Source: a virus
Length of the DNA stretch: 64,000 nucleotides
Virus record (IMG/VR): IMGVR_UViG_3300045988_142756
Direction: 5' to 3' (one strand)
Positions 23,519 through 32,052 of the stretch are shown piece by piece. Each line of letters starts with the position of its first letter. Within the stretch, counting starts at the first letter, position 1. The position numbers were made by a program, and so were the translations under genes. The notes below the pieces were generated by a model. The model was given only the letters and a program-made list of their open reading frames with translations, had not been told where the DNA came from and did not search any database.

Positions 23519-24919
23519 ATGAAAAAATTCAAAATTACACAAGGCGATAGGGTTTATATAGTTGATGCAAAAAGTCATATAGACGCTATTAGCAAAGTTA
23601 AGGCAGTTAAAACGGATGAGATGAGAGATTCTATATCTCAATGGAATCCAGGTATGAGTGAAATAGGTTTATTTCAAATTTCATACAAGCGCAACGGGGT
23701 ATATCAATCAATACTTGTCAGAGCCAACTCTGAAGAACAGGCAAAGCAGAAGTTATTAAACAATCTAAACGGAGTAGATATTATAGGAGTTAATTCCCAC
23801 CCTTCTCCTCACTTCCACGAACCTATTTTAGATTCTAAGATAAAAGATGATGGTTATTATTATTTACTCAGAGATGCTATTGATTTATTAACTAAACCGG
23901 GTGCAGCAAGAAGTTGGTCACAGCCTTATTTAGAGGAAGTACAAGAATATATGGTTCAAAAAGGCATAAACCCTACAAATGTAAATCAGTGGAAGAAAAA
24001 ATATGAAAGCCTTACTAAGGATTCCTCAATAAAAGATATAAATCAAGTATTATTATCTAATCTTAAACAAGTAGCACAAAAAGGTGATGCTTGGTGGAAT
24101 AAATGGAAGAAATTATTAGATATGAGTGATAAATGGAATTCTTATCAATGGAAGGAACTTAGAAATAATGACCCTAAAAAATATAAACTTATTATTAATA
24201 ATAAACAGTATGCGGAAAAAGAAGCTGAGGCACTAAATAGAGAATGGGATAGAGCAATAGATGCTTTAAGCAGAGACAGATCGTTTGGTCGTCCTGGTGA
24301 TTATAGAATGGATTTACACAGTTACAAATCTCGTAATGATAATTATCCTATGGGTAATAGTCGAAGATATGATGAGATTTTATATGGTTATGAACAAGCA
24401 GAAAAATCTGCCAGAGCAAAAAAGGGCTTAGATTCTTCTATAAAAGATGCGTGGTCTGGTATTAGAAGTAATGGGGTTATATTTAACTATTCTAATGGAA
24501 AATATACAATAACGCATAAGAATGGCAAGGTAGAAACATTCCCTGATAATAAATTTAATACTGTCGAAGAATTATTTAAGTATATAGATAATATAAAAGA
24601 CTCTGCTATTAAAGATGAAGATTATTCTAAATATTTGTCTATTGTAAAACAACTTGAGAAACTTGTAGAACCTGCTAATAGAGCGTTACAACAGAAAATT
24701 GCAAAATACGGTGTAACTAAACAAGATATAAGAAATAATTCTCCAAAATATAGAGATGTATGTAGAGAAATACCAGAATTAAAAGTATGGGCAAAGTTAA
24801 TTATGCAGTTACCTGGAGAATTAGCAGGATTTATGCCTGCACACCCGAGTCAAGAAAGTGTAGATAAACTTAAAAAAGCAATAACTAATAGTAAAGCATT
24901 TGACTCCACTATAAAATAA
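23519..24919 (+). CDS. large head-region protein (466 aa) with two module copies and six D-S-x-I-K-D-type motifs
   Basis: MKKFKITQGDRVYIVDAKSHIDAISKVKAVK, and FQISYKRNGVYQSILVRANSEEQAKQKLL. The motif Asp falls at residues 37, 105, 168, 305, 361 and 462 (C-terminal FDSTIK). Confidence 0.7.
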   Translation: MKKFKITQGDRVYIVDAKSHIDAISKVKAVKTDEMRDSISQWNPGMSEIGLFQISYKRNGVYQSILVRANSEEQAKQKLLNNLNGVDIIGVNSHPSPHFHEPILDSKIKDDGYYYLLRDAIDLLTKPGAARSWSQPYLEEVQEYMVQKGINPTNVNQWKKKYESLTKDSSIKDINQVLLSNLKQVAQKGDAWWNKWKKLLDMSDKWNSYQWKELRNNDPKKYKLIINNKQYAEKEAEALNREWDRAIDALSRDRSFGRPGDYRMDLHSYKSRNDNYPMGNSRRYDEILYGYEQAEKSARAKKGLDSSIKDAWSGIRSNGVIFNYSNGKYTITHKNGKVETFPDNKFNTVEELFKYIDNIKDSAIKDEDYSKYLSIVKQLEKLVEPANRALQQKIAKYGVTKQDIRNNSPKYRDVCREIPELKVWAKLIMQLPGELAGFMPAHPSQESVDKLKKAITNSKAFDSTIK

Positions 24920-24965
24920 AGACAATACTAAACTAATTAAAATAATAGATAAAAATTAATTTATA

Positions 24966-25086
24966 TATAATAATTTATGTAACAGGGTAGATATTAACTA
25001 AATACCGTTAAATATTTCTTAAAGCGTGTTTTTATAGCCATTGGAACAAAAACAATCAACCAAGTTATATGTTAATATTTACCCTG
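24966..25086 (+). promoter_or_regulatory. late-type core TATAAT-N6-TGTAAC followed by a 16-bp-stem structured leader upstream of the scaffold/capsid operon
   Basis: TATAAT 24966, TGTAAC 24978. CAGGGTAGATATTAAC (24983-24998) pairs with GTTAATATTTACCCTG (25071-25086), with one G-U pair, enclosing 72 nt. Confidence 0.4.
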
Positions 25087-25105
25087 ACTATATAGAAAGG
25101 AATAT

Positions 25106-26287
25106 ATGAGAATTATTGATAACAGATTAACATTTGGGCATAAGATAACTCCTCGTATTTGGGAAGATAATTCGGGTTATCTTATTTGCTATGACTGCAT
25201 ACTTGCAAGAACAGGTAGTTATGACTATTTGGAAAGTGAGATAATGCAAGACGGTGACCCAAATAAAATTGTAAAAGTATATAGAACTCCTGAAGAAGTA
25301 TTTAGTCCTGAGGCTATTGCTTCTTTTGAGAATAAACCATTTTGTAACGAACACCCACAAGACGATGTAACGCCGGAGAATTATAAGGACTTAATGGTAG
25401 GTACCATTAGGAATATTAGAAGGGGTACAGGTAATTTAGAAAACTGTTTAGTTGGCGATGTAATAGTTTTTGACCCCGAAGTACAAGAGTTAATTAAAAG
25501 CGGTGAAAAAAGAGAATTGTCGTTAGGTTATAATACAGATATAATACAAGACCAGTCAGGTCGATATGTGATGACTAATATAAGAGGAAATCACTTAGCA
25601 CTTGTTGACAGTGGTAGGGCAGGGTGTGCTACTATTAGAGATAGTGCAAAATCATTAAATAAATTAGGAGGACAAAACGGAATGAAGAATATCCGTAATG
25701 GCAAAAAATTCAAGTATAAGATGCTTGATGAGGACGTTTACGAAGTAGTAGATGCAGAGCCTGAAGAAGAACTTGATGTCATAGAAGATGATGATATTTC
25801 GACTGAAGAAGCACCTGCACCTGTTACAGAAGAGCCTGTCCACGATGACGACGACGATAAAATGAGTCAAGTTTTGGATATGCTCACTAAAATTTGTGAA
25901 CATTTAGGTATTGGTGCTGATGAAGCAGAACCCGTTGTTGACGAAGATGTACCTGAGGAAGTTGAAGAAGAAATCGTAACTGACGAAGATGTTCCTATGG
26001 AAGAAGATACGCCGGTAGAAGATGAAGATGATACTTTTGAAGTTGAAGAAATTGAAGACGACGACGAAGAATTAGAACTTAGTGAAGAAAACAAAGCAAT
26101 GGACGCAGATGCTTGCTTACCTAAGATGGACGAAGGTATGAAAAAAGATGCTGCTCCTAAAAAGAAGAGTGGTTCGGTGAAAGCATATTCTAAATTTGCA
26201 GCAGTTAAAGATTCGGCTCCTGTTGTAACAGCAGAAGATGTACAAAAATCGTTCCAAGACCGTTATGATAGAGCGGCTAAGAATTAA
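25106..26287 (+). CDS. scaffold or prohead-protease-like protein (DUF2213-like) with a long acidic tract
   Basis: GNHLALVDSGRAG motif. D/E-rich region at about aa 210-330. Located upstream of the capsid gene. Confidence 0.6.
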   Translation: MRIIDNRLTFGHKITPRIWEDNSGYLICYDCILARTGSYDYLESEIMQDGDPNKIVKVYRTPEEVFSPEAIASFENKPFCNEHPQDDVTPENYKDLMVGTIRNIRRGTGNLENCLVGDVIVFDPEVQELIKSGEKRELSLGYNTDIIQDQSGRYVMTNIRGNHLALVDSGRAGCATIRDSAKSLNKLGGQNGMKNIRNGKKFKYKMLDEDVYEVVDAEPEEELDVIEDDDISTEEAPAPVTEEPVHDDDDDKMSQVLDMLTKICEHLGIGADEAEPVVDEDVPEEVEEEIVTDEDVPMEEDTPVEDEDDTFEVEEIEDDDEELELSEENKAMDADACLPKMDEGMKKDAAPKKKSGSVKAYSKFAAVKDSAPVVTAEDVQKSFQDRYDRAAKN

Positions 26288-26309
26288 ATAATTTGGAGGA
26301 ATAAAAATA

Positions 26310-26795
26310 ATGGCAAGAATTTTTGGTAAAGACGGTTATCAGCGTTTATTGCTTGGCCGTGAAATAAACATCAATGATATTAAAACTCGTACTTGCACTA
26401 TCGCTAAAACAGATACGTCGAGTAACGCAGTAACAGGTGTTATGGGTGGCGAACTTTTAGTTTACACCGACAGAACACAAGTATATGCTCCGGCATCGAA
26501 AGCAGACGACAAAGTTGCTGGTATTTGCTTAGGCACTAATGTTAAACTTGACCCGTACTTCCCTGAATCGGCAGACGAAGTTAAGTTCATTGGTGGTGAC
26601 GCTTGTGCGTGTGTTATTCAAGGCGATGTAGCAGTTAGGTTAGATGGTACGCAACCTAAAGAAGGTGCTGCTGTTTATTATGATTTTAGCAAGAAAGCAT
26701 TTACCACTTCTAATAGTGGTACGATTGCTTGTGCTAATATGGAATTTAGAGGGATTTCGGAAGGTAGTGTAACCGTTGTCCGTGTCCGTTATTAA
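26310..26795 (+). CDS. putative capsid decoration or cement protein
   Basis: 161 aa, beta-rich; lies between the scaffold and the major capsid gene; GGAGGA RBS. Confidence 0.45.
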   Translation: MARIFGKDGYQRLLLGREININDIKTRTCTIAKTDTSSNAVTGVMGGELLVYTDRTQVYAPASKADDKVAGICLGTNVKLDPYFPESADEVKFIGGDACACVIQGDVAVRLDGTQPKEGAAVYYDFSKKAFTTSNSGTIACANMEFRGISEGSVTVVRVRY

Positions 26796-26809
26796 GAGGA
26801 GGAACTAAG

Positions 26810-27946
26810 ATGGCAAATCAAATTTTTCAGCAAGTAAGCCTCAGAGATAGCACGGAAAGTATTGCGGCTACTCACGGCGAACAAAAACTTGGTATCAAAT
26901 TAAGGGATTGGGCTCCTGCTGTATATCATCAGTTGTATAAAGACCCTGTTAAGGCACGTATTCACGATGCAAACTTTGCATTCGTTATGACAACCCTTAG
27001 CAAACTTCACAATAAACAATATCAACCGAAAGTCAACTACACTTACGCACAAGATATTCCTATCGATGTCGGCGGTGGAATGGTTGATTTCGTGGATTAC
27101 TTCTCGGTAGAATGGGCAGGTCAGCCCACTGAGGACCAGAACGTTATGGGTAATAACGTCAATATTATTCCTCGTGTTAATGCTAAACTCAATCATACGG
27201 CAGTTGAAGTTTACAACTTTGAAATTGCTTATGATATGAAGTTTATTGAAGTTGACAAACTCGAGAAGATTAGTTTCCAAAAAGCAGTTGAAGCAATTTA
27301 TAAAGATGCTATTATGGCTGGTTGGGACCAGTTCTGTGACCGTATTGCTTATGAAGGTCGTGCAGGTGTTGATGGCTTTATCAACAATGCTAATGTTCCT
27401 GTAAATGAAATTCCGGCAGGTTCCAAAGATGCAAGTAAGACTGGTTTCGAAGGTATGACGGATGAAGAAATCGTAAGTTTCATTAACGGTATTCTTAACC
27501 TTTATCTTACTAACACTAACCAGAACATTGAAATGTTACCTGATACGTTATTACTTCCTACGAAAGATGCTGCTATTCTTTCGAGCAGGTTCAGTGCATT
27601 ATATACCTCGACATTGCGTGAATTCATTATGAAACACAATATAGGTATTGACGAAGCAGTTGCTGCTGGTGTTAATAACTATGTTCTTAAGATTCGTGGT
27701 CGTGCAAGACTTAACGGTATTGGCACACATAACACAGGTCGTATAATTGCTTATAAGTTCGATAAAGATTATGTCCGTATGGATATTCCTTATCCTATCC
27801 AGAGTTATTATACCGCTCCTAACATTGATAAAGCGTGCTATACCACATACTTTGTCGGTCAGGTATCTCGTATCCAACTTCCGTACAATGAGAGCGCTGA
27901 TACATTTGGTGCTGTTTCGTACTGGGATTTCGCTGCACAAGGCTAA
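26810..27946 (+). CDS. major capsid protein (DUF2184-like)
   Basis: 378 aa; GAGGAGG RBS. Supported by its position after the scaffold and by the hairpin that follows. Confidence 0.75.
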   Translation: MANQIFQQVSLRDSTESIAATHGEQKLGIKLRDWAPAVYHQLYKDPVKARIHDANFAFVMTTLSKLHNKQYQPKVNYTYAQDIPIDVGGGMVDFVDYFSVEWAGQPTEDQNVMGNNVNIIPRVNAKLNHTAVEVYNFEIAYDMKFIEVDKLEKISFQKAVEAIYKDAIMAGWDQFCDRIAYEGRAGVDGFINNANVPVNEIPAGSKDASKTGFEGMTDEEIVSFINGILNLYLTNTNQNIEMLPDTLLLPTKDAAILSSRFSALYTSTLREFIMKHNIGIDEAVAAGVNNYVLKIRGRARLNGIGTHNTGRIIAYKFDKDYVRMDIPYPIQSYYTAPNIDKACYTTYFVGQVSRIQLPYNESADTFGAVSYWDFAAQG

Positions 27947-27960
27947 AATAACTAATATCA

Positions 27961-27987
27961 ACAGGGTGGCGTAAAAAACCACCCTGT
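27961..27987 (+). terminator. hairpin after the capsid gene (9-bp stem, weak U tail)
   Basis: ACAGGGTGG (27961-27969) pairs with CCACCCTGT (27979-27987). Confidence 0.5.
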
Positions 27988-28017
27988 ATAAAAATTATTC
28001 AAAGGAGAATTTATAAT

Positions 28018-28269
28018 ATGGCAAATGGTAAATATATACCCGGTACATACTTATGTGATAGAAGTATTACTGTTTATAAGAATTTAAGCTGTCAATCGCG
28101 TGTTGATGCAAACGGCAGAATAGAACAAACTTATGGTACTTGGTCAACAGACGCTGATAACATTATAGTATTTCATAAAGGTGAGAAAAAACAACTTACC
28201 GCTATGGATTTAGAAGTTAAAGGCATTAGGTCTTTAATTGACGAAGGTATTTTAGTAAGGACTTTGTAA
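28018..28269 (+). CDS. hypothetical head/neck-region protein
   Basis: AAAGGAG RBS; 83 aa. Confidence 0.55.
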   Translation: MANGKYIPGTYLCDRSITVYKNLSCQSRVDANGRIEQTYGTWSTDADNIIVFHKGEKKQLTAMDLEVKGIRSLIDEGILVRTL

Positions 28270-28270
28270 T

Positions 28271-28705
28271 ATGATAATTGGACTTCCTGATCAAGTGAAA
28301 CCGCCAAGGTACACTCTTAAAACATTTTGTAAATATATTCCTAAACTTAAAGAATGGGCGTGCAACCCAGATAATAAACTTATGTTTAGAGAATTTGTCG
28401 ATAAATGTAAAGCACAATTTAATTATAGTTATTGGTTAGAGGACTGGGGATTTGCGGTTTCGCTTGGGGTTGCCCATTATGCTTGTATAACTGACCCTTC
28501 GTTAGCACAATCGGTAGGTGCTGATTCTGTTGCAGGTGGTGTAATGACATCAAGAACAGTTGGAGGAATCAGTTATTCGTACGATACCTCTTTAACTATG
28601 GAGCATAATCCCGGATATGAATTCTGGTATAGAACTGGTTATGGTACTGCATTAGTTCAATTATCTCGTGCAAGAGGGTGGTTCGGTATGTTAATATCAA
28701 CCTAA
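28271..28705 (+). CDS. putative head-tail connector or adaptor protein
   Basis: Call based on position and size only (144 aa). Confidence 0.4.
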   Translation: MIIGLPDQVKPPRYTLKTFCKYIPKLKEWACNPDNKLMFREFVDKCKAQFNYSYWLEDWGFAVSLGVAHYACITDPSLAQSVGADSVAGGVMTSRTVGGISYSYDTSLTMEHNPGYEFWYRTGYGTALVQLSRARGWFGMLIST

Positions 28706-28712
28706 AATTATT

Positions 28713-29306
28713 ATGGCAGATATTATAGATATAAATGTACTTGTAGATAAATCATTTTTTAATGTTCCTGCAAATTACAATAAAAAAGTAATATACGGCA
28801 TACCTAAAGATTCAAAAGTACGAAAAGCAACCTCAAAGTCAAAATCAGTAAAAAATTCTAAAAAATCTAAAACAGATATTCAACCTCAAACATCTATAAA
28901 TAACGCCGAAATTTTATGGCTTTTTGAACACGGTTCTGCTGCTAAAGATATTGACGGTAGACCTTTACTTGGTCCGGTTAGGGACAATAATATAGATATA
29001 ATTCAAAAAAAGTTTTTCAGTAAAGTATTTGAAGCCCTTATGCAAGGTGACCAAGTTGCCGCTGATGAATATATGCAAAAATTAGCATTATTTATGGAAC
29101 GGCAATGTAAAGCATATTTTGTATCAAGTGACCAGAATCCAAAATGGAAAGAAAATGCAGATTCTACGATTAGGGCTTGGGCAAAAGATGTAATGAAAAA
29201 GAATAAATCTGTTACTGCTGACGAGGCAGTTGAAAAAACAGTTGGTATCTGGACAGGTCAAATGAGAAGTGCATTACGAGGACTTGTGGTTGAAGATAAA
29301 GACTAA
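28713..29306 (+). CDS. hypothetical head-completion-region protein
   Basis: 197 aa. Confidence 0.5.
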   Translation: MADIIDINVLVDKSFFNVPANYNKKVIYGIPKDSKVRKATSKSKSVKNSKKSKTDIQPQTSINNAEILWLFEHGSAAKDIDGRPLLGPVRDNNIDIIQKKFFSKVFEALMQGDQVAADEYMQKLALFMERQCKAYFVSSDQNPKWKENADSTIRAWAKDVMKKNKSVTADEAVEKTVGIWTGQMRSALRGLVVEDKD

Positions 29307-29415
29307 GCCCGAAAATCTGTATTCTAACAGACTTTTATCAATGCTTAATATAAATAATTAACCCATTGGTAAAGGTGTGGTAGAGTTAAATATATAATGA
29401 AATAAAGGTATTATA

Positions 29416-29976
29416 ATGTCATTAGATAAATCAATTATTTGGACAAGGGAACAATATGAAGATTTCTTTCAAAGTTTAACAAGAAAACTCTTGCCAAAAT
29501 TTAATAAAAAGAATATAAGACCTGCTTACCAAAATGTTGGTGGTTACACAGCAAAAAATATTATTAACCAACAATATGACGATGGAATGAGTGGGTTTTC
29601 TAATAAAGATGATTTTATCTATATTAAAGTACAATTTAAGCCTGGTGACGAAAGTTATGTAGACGATAATGACGCTGTATATATGCAGAGATTTATTGAT
29701 GTTACATATACTATATATGGAGAAAACAGCCCTACTATCGCTCTTACATTATTTTCTCTTTTAAGAACAAGTGCTATTTTAATGGAATTAGAAAAAGCAG
29801 GATTATTCTTCTATGGAACAAATAATGTAGAGTCGGCAAGAGAAACAATAAACGGTCAATGGTGGGAAAGAAATGATTTTACATTTACCATAAATGAATG
29901 TATTAAGGTTGAAAATCCAAATATACCACAGTTAGCAAAAGATATTGATGTGGAGGTGCTTGTCTTAAATGAATAA
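29416..29976 (+). CDS. hypothetical neck or tail-completion-region protein
   Basis: 186 aa. Confidence 0.5.
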   Translation: MSLDKSIIWTREQYEDFFQSLTRKLLPKFNKKNIRPAYQNVGGYTAKNIINQQYDDGMSGFSNKDDFIYIKVQFKPGDESYVDDNDAVYMQRFIDVTYTIYGENSPTIALTLFSLLRTSAILMELEKAGLFFYGTNNVESARETINGQWWERNDFTFTINECIKVENPNIPQLAKDIDVEVLVLNE

Positions 29977-30379
29977 TCAGTATATGCCTGATTTACAATC
30001 CCTTAGAATGGTACTTGATACTATGGGCGGAAAAATGTATAAAGTAATAAGGCAAGAAGTATATGATTTTAACGAATTTGGAAGAGTAGTACCTATATAT
30101 ACTGAACAGCAAATATATGGTGTCTTGATTAAAAAAGCACCTACTTTTACAATGCAAAGTGAAGGATTAGGTGACAGGGTTGACGCAGAATATTCTTTCT
30201 CAGTTGTTTATCCCGATGTGCTTAACTTAGGTGATACTATATTTAATGATGACGGAGAAGAATTAAGAGTTATGTCGCAGGAAGGCGTATTAGAATTCGG
30301 TGGTGCTGTTACTTATGGGCTTGTAAGAAAAGGTACTTATGATAGGATGAAAGACAGAAATTATATGCAATATAAATAA
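29969..30379 (+). CDS. hypothetical neck or tail-completion-region protein
   Basis: 136 aa; 8-nt overlap with the previous gene. Confidence 0.5.
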   Translation: MNNQYMPDLQSLRMVLDTMGGKMYKVIRQEVYDFNEFGRVVPIYTEQQIYGVLIKKAPTFTMQSEGLGDRVDAEYSFSVVYPDVLNLGDTIFNDDGEELRVMSQEGVLEFGGAVTYGLVRKGTYDRMKDRNYMQYK

Positions 30380-30420
30380 AATATAAAATATAATTAAATA
30401 AACAAAGGAGATTTTTCTTT

Positions 30421-30786
30421 ATGGAAAAATATTGGGAACACGAAATCACAGATTTATATGAAGGTATATCTTTCAAATTTGATAAGATAAATCCTATTGA
30501 CCATATAAATTTAGTAACATTTGACACAAAGGGCTTATCTAAAGATGTAGATAATGGACCCGACAAAGCAAGTGCTGATTTTATTAAAGCGTGCTTTAAG
30601 TACATTAAATGGAATAAAGGTAGTGGGTGGTTTAATGTACTTGACGATGTAGGTAACGCAAGATTACCAGAATTAGATGAACACCCGTCTTTATTGTTAG
30701 ATTTATTTATAAAATTTAGAACAGAGGTATTATTGCCCGTTTTTATCGAATCCAAAACATTCCAAGATATACTTCAAACAAAATAG
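30421..30786 (+). CDS. tail assembly chaperone (gpG-like short form)
   Basis: 121 aa, acidic, immediately upstream of the tape measure. AAAGGAG RBS. Confidence 0.6.
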   Translation: MEKYWEHEITDLYEGISFKFDKINPIDHINLVTFDTKGLSKDVDNGPDKASADFIKACFKYIKWNKGSGWFNVLDDVGNARLPELDEHPSLLLDLFIKFRTEVLLPVFIESKTFQDILQTK

Positions 30787-30989
30787 AAGAAAGTTCTTAT
30801 TTAGAACCAGTTAATGTTCCTATCTGGTTATACGGAATAATTGCATCTGGGCTGGCGACATATAAGGAAATAAAATTTGATTTAGATATTGAGAGTGTTT
30901 TGGATATACTTGAAATAGTATGTGTTAAATGCGGAAATGAACAGATGGCGATGGATTTAGCACAACAGAAGGTTGATAATGGCAAATAG
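30421..30989 (+). CDS. tail assembly chaperone, -1 frameshift product (gpGT-like)
   Basis: The -1 frame is open from before 30720 to TAG 30987-30989. The A-run ACAAAATAG (30778-30786) allows Lys-tRNA slippage at the stop. The extension reads IEESSYLEPVNVPIWLYG... Confidence 0.5.
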
Positions 30990-32043
30990 TTTTTTACAAG
31001 AATATGTTTTTTCTTTAATACCAAAAGTTGATAGTTCGGCATTAAAGGGTGCATCTAAACAGATTGCAACTAAGATTTCTGAATCAATGCAATCTTCTGC
31101 ACAATCTTTTTATAATGAACTAAACAAAGAAGAAAACGTTAAGGGACTAAAAAGTCAAATTGAGTTAATTGAAAGATACAAGGAACAAGGTGGTCAATTA
31201 ACTCTTGAAGAGTATAAAAAATATGAGTCGTTAAAGAAACAGGTAAGTACTATGGATATGACTCCAGGGGTACCTACTAAAACTGGTAAATTTGCTGTTA
31301 TTGGTGTTAAACTAATAGAAAAAATAGCAGGTGCAATAACGGCTATAAACGCCTCTATAGAAGTTACACAAGCAGTAGAAGAGGTCGCAAAAAAGGTAGT
31401 AACACAAGTAACAAAGATAAGCAATCAATTTGTATCTTCTCAGTCAATGTTTGTAGACAAAGATACCAGAAACATAATGGCTACCTTTGGTGTTAATTCC
31501 ACAGGAGCACAAGGAATACAAGCAGCGTTAAGTGGTTCTGGTATGGACGTAAGTGATTTAGGTATCGCTACTGCTGGACAAAGAAAACTATTTAGCAGAT
31601 TATATGGTGCCTATATTGAAGGGATAAATAAAATTGACCCAGAAAAATTAGAAGCGTTTAACGAAAATGTACAAGAATATCAAGCATTAAGGGCAGAATT
31701 CAATATAAAGGTACAAACTGCAATAATGAAAGTATTAGCAGAAAGTGACGCATTGCCACGATTATTAGATACATTATCAACAGGACTTGAATTAGTAGTA
31801 GAGATTATGAGTTCACCAAGTGTATCATTTGCATTCGATACTGTTATTAACTTCTTAAATGCTATTTTAGAAATTAGTAATGCTTTTAAGTCAGCAGGTG
31901 CTTGGTTATTAGGTGTTAAAGGAACAAATATAGCAAATACTTGGAATAATTCGTCAACAACTAACTATAATTATGGTAATACTTATAATGGCGGATTTGG
32001 TACAGCACTAAGTTTACAGTCAAGTCAAATAAATTTATTATAA
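30979..32043 (+). CDS. tape measure protein (short, 354 aa)
   Basis: ATG 30979. Follows the chaperone pair. Helical, A/S/G-rich sequence with hydrophobic C-terminal segments. Confidence 0.6.
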   Translation: MANSFLQEYVFSLIPKVDSSALKGASKQIATKISESMQSSAQSFYNELNKEENVKGLKSQIELIERYKEQGGQLTLEEYKKYESLKKQVSTMDMTPGVPTKTGKFAVIGVKLIEKIAGAITAINASIEVTQAVEEVAKKVVTQVTKISNQFVSSQSMFVDKDTRNIMATFGVNSTGAQGIQAALSGSGMDVSDLGIATAGQRKLFSRLYGAYIEGINKIDPEKLEAFNENVQEYQALRAEFNIKVQTAIMKVLAESDALPRLLDTLSTGLELVVEIMSSPSVSFAFDTVINFLNAILEISNAFKSAGAWLLGVKGTNIANTWNNSSTTNYNYGNTYNGGFGTALSLQSSQINLL

Positions 32044-32052
32044 AGGTTTTAT

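Noticed and set aside
30797-31054. Minus-strand 85-aa ORF between the chaperone gene and the tape-measure gene.
   Set aside because: The + strand -1 frame is open here and forms the canonical chaperone frameshift extension, which overlaps the tape-measure start.
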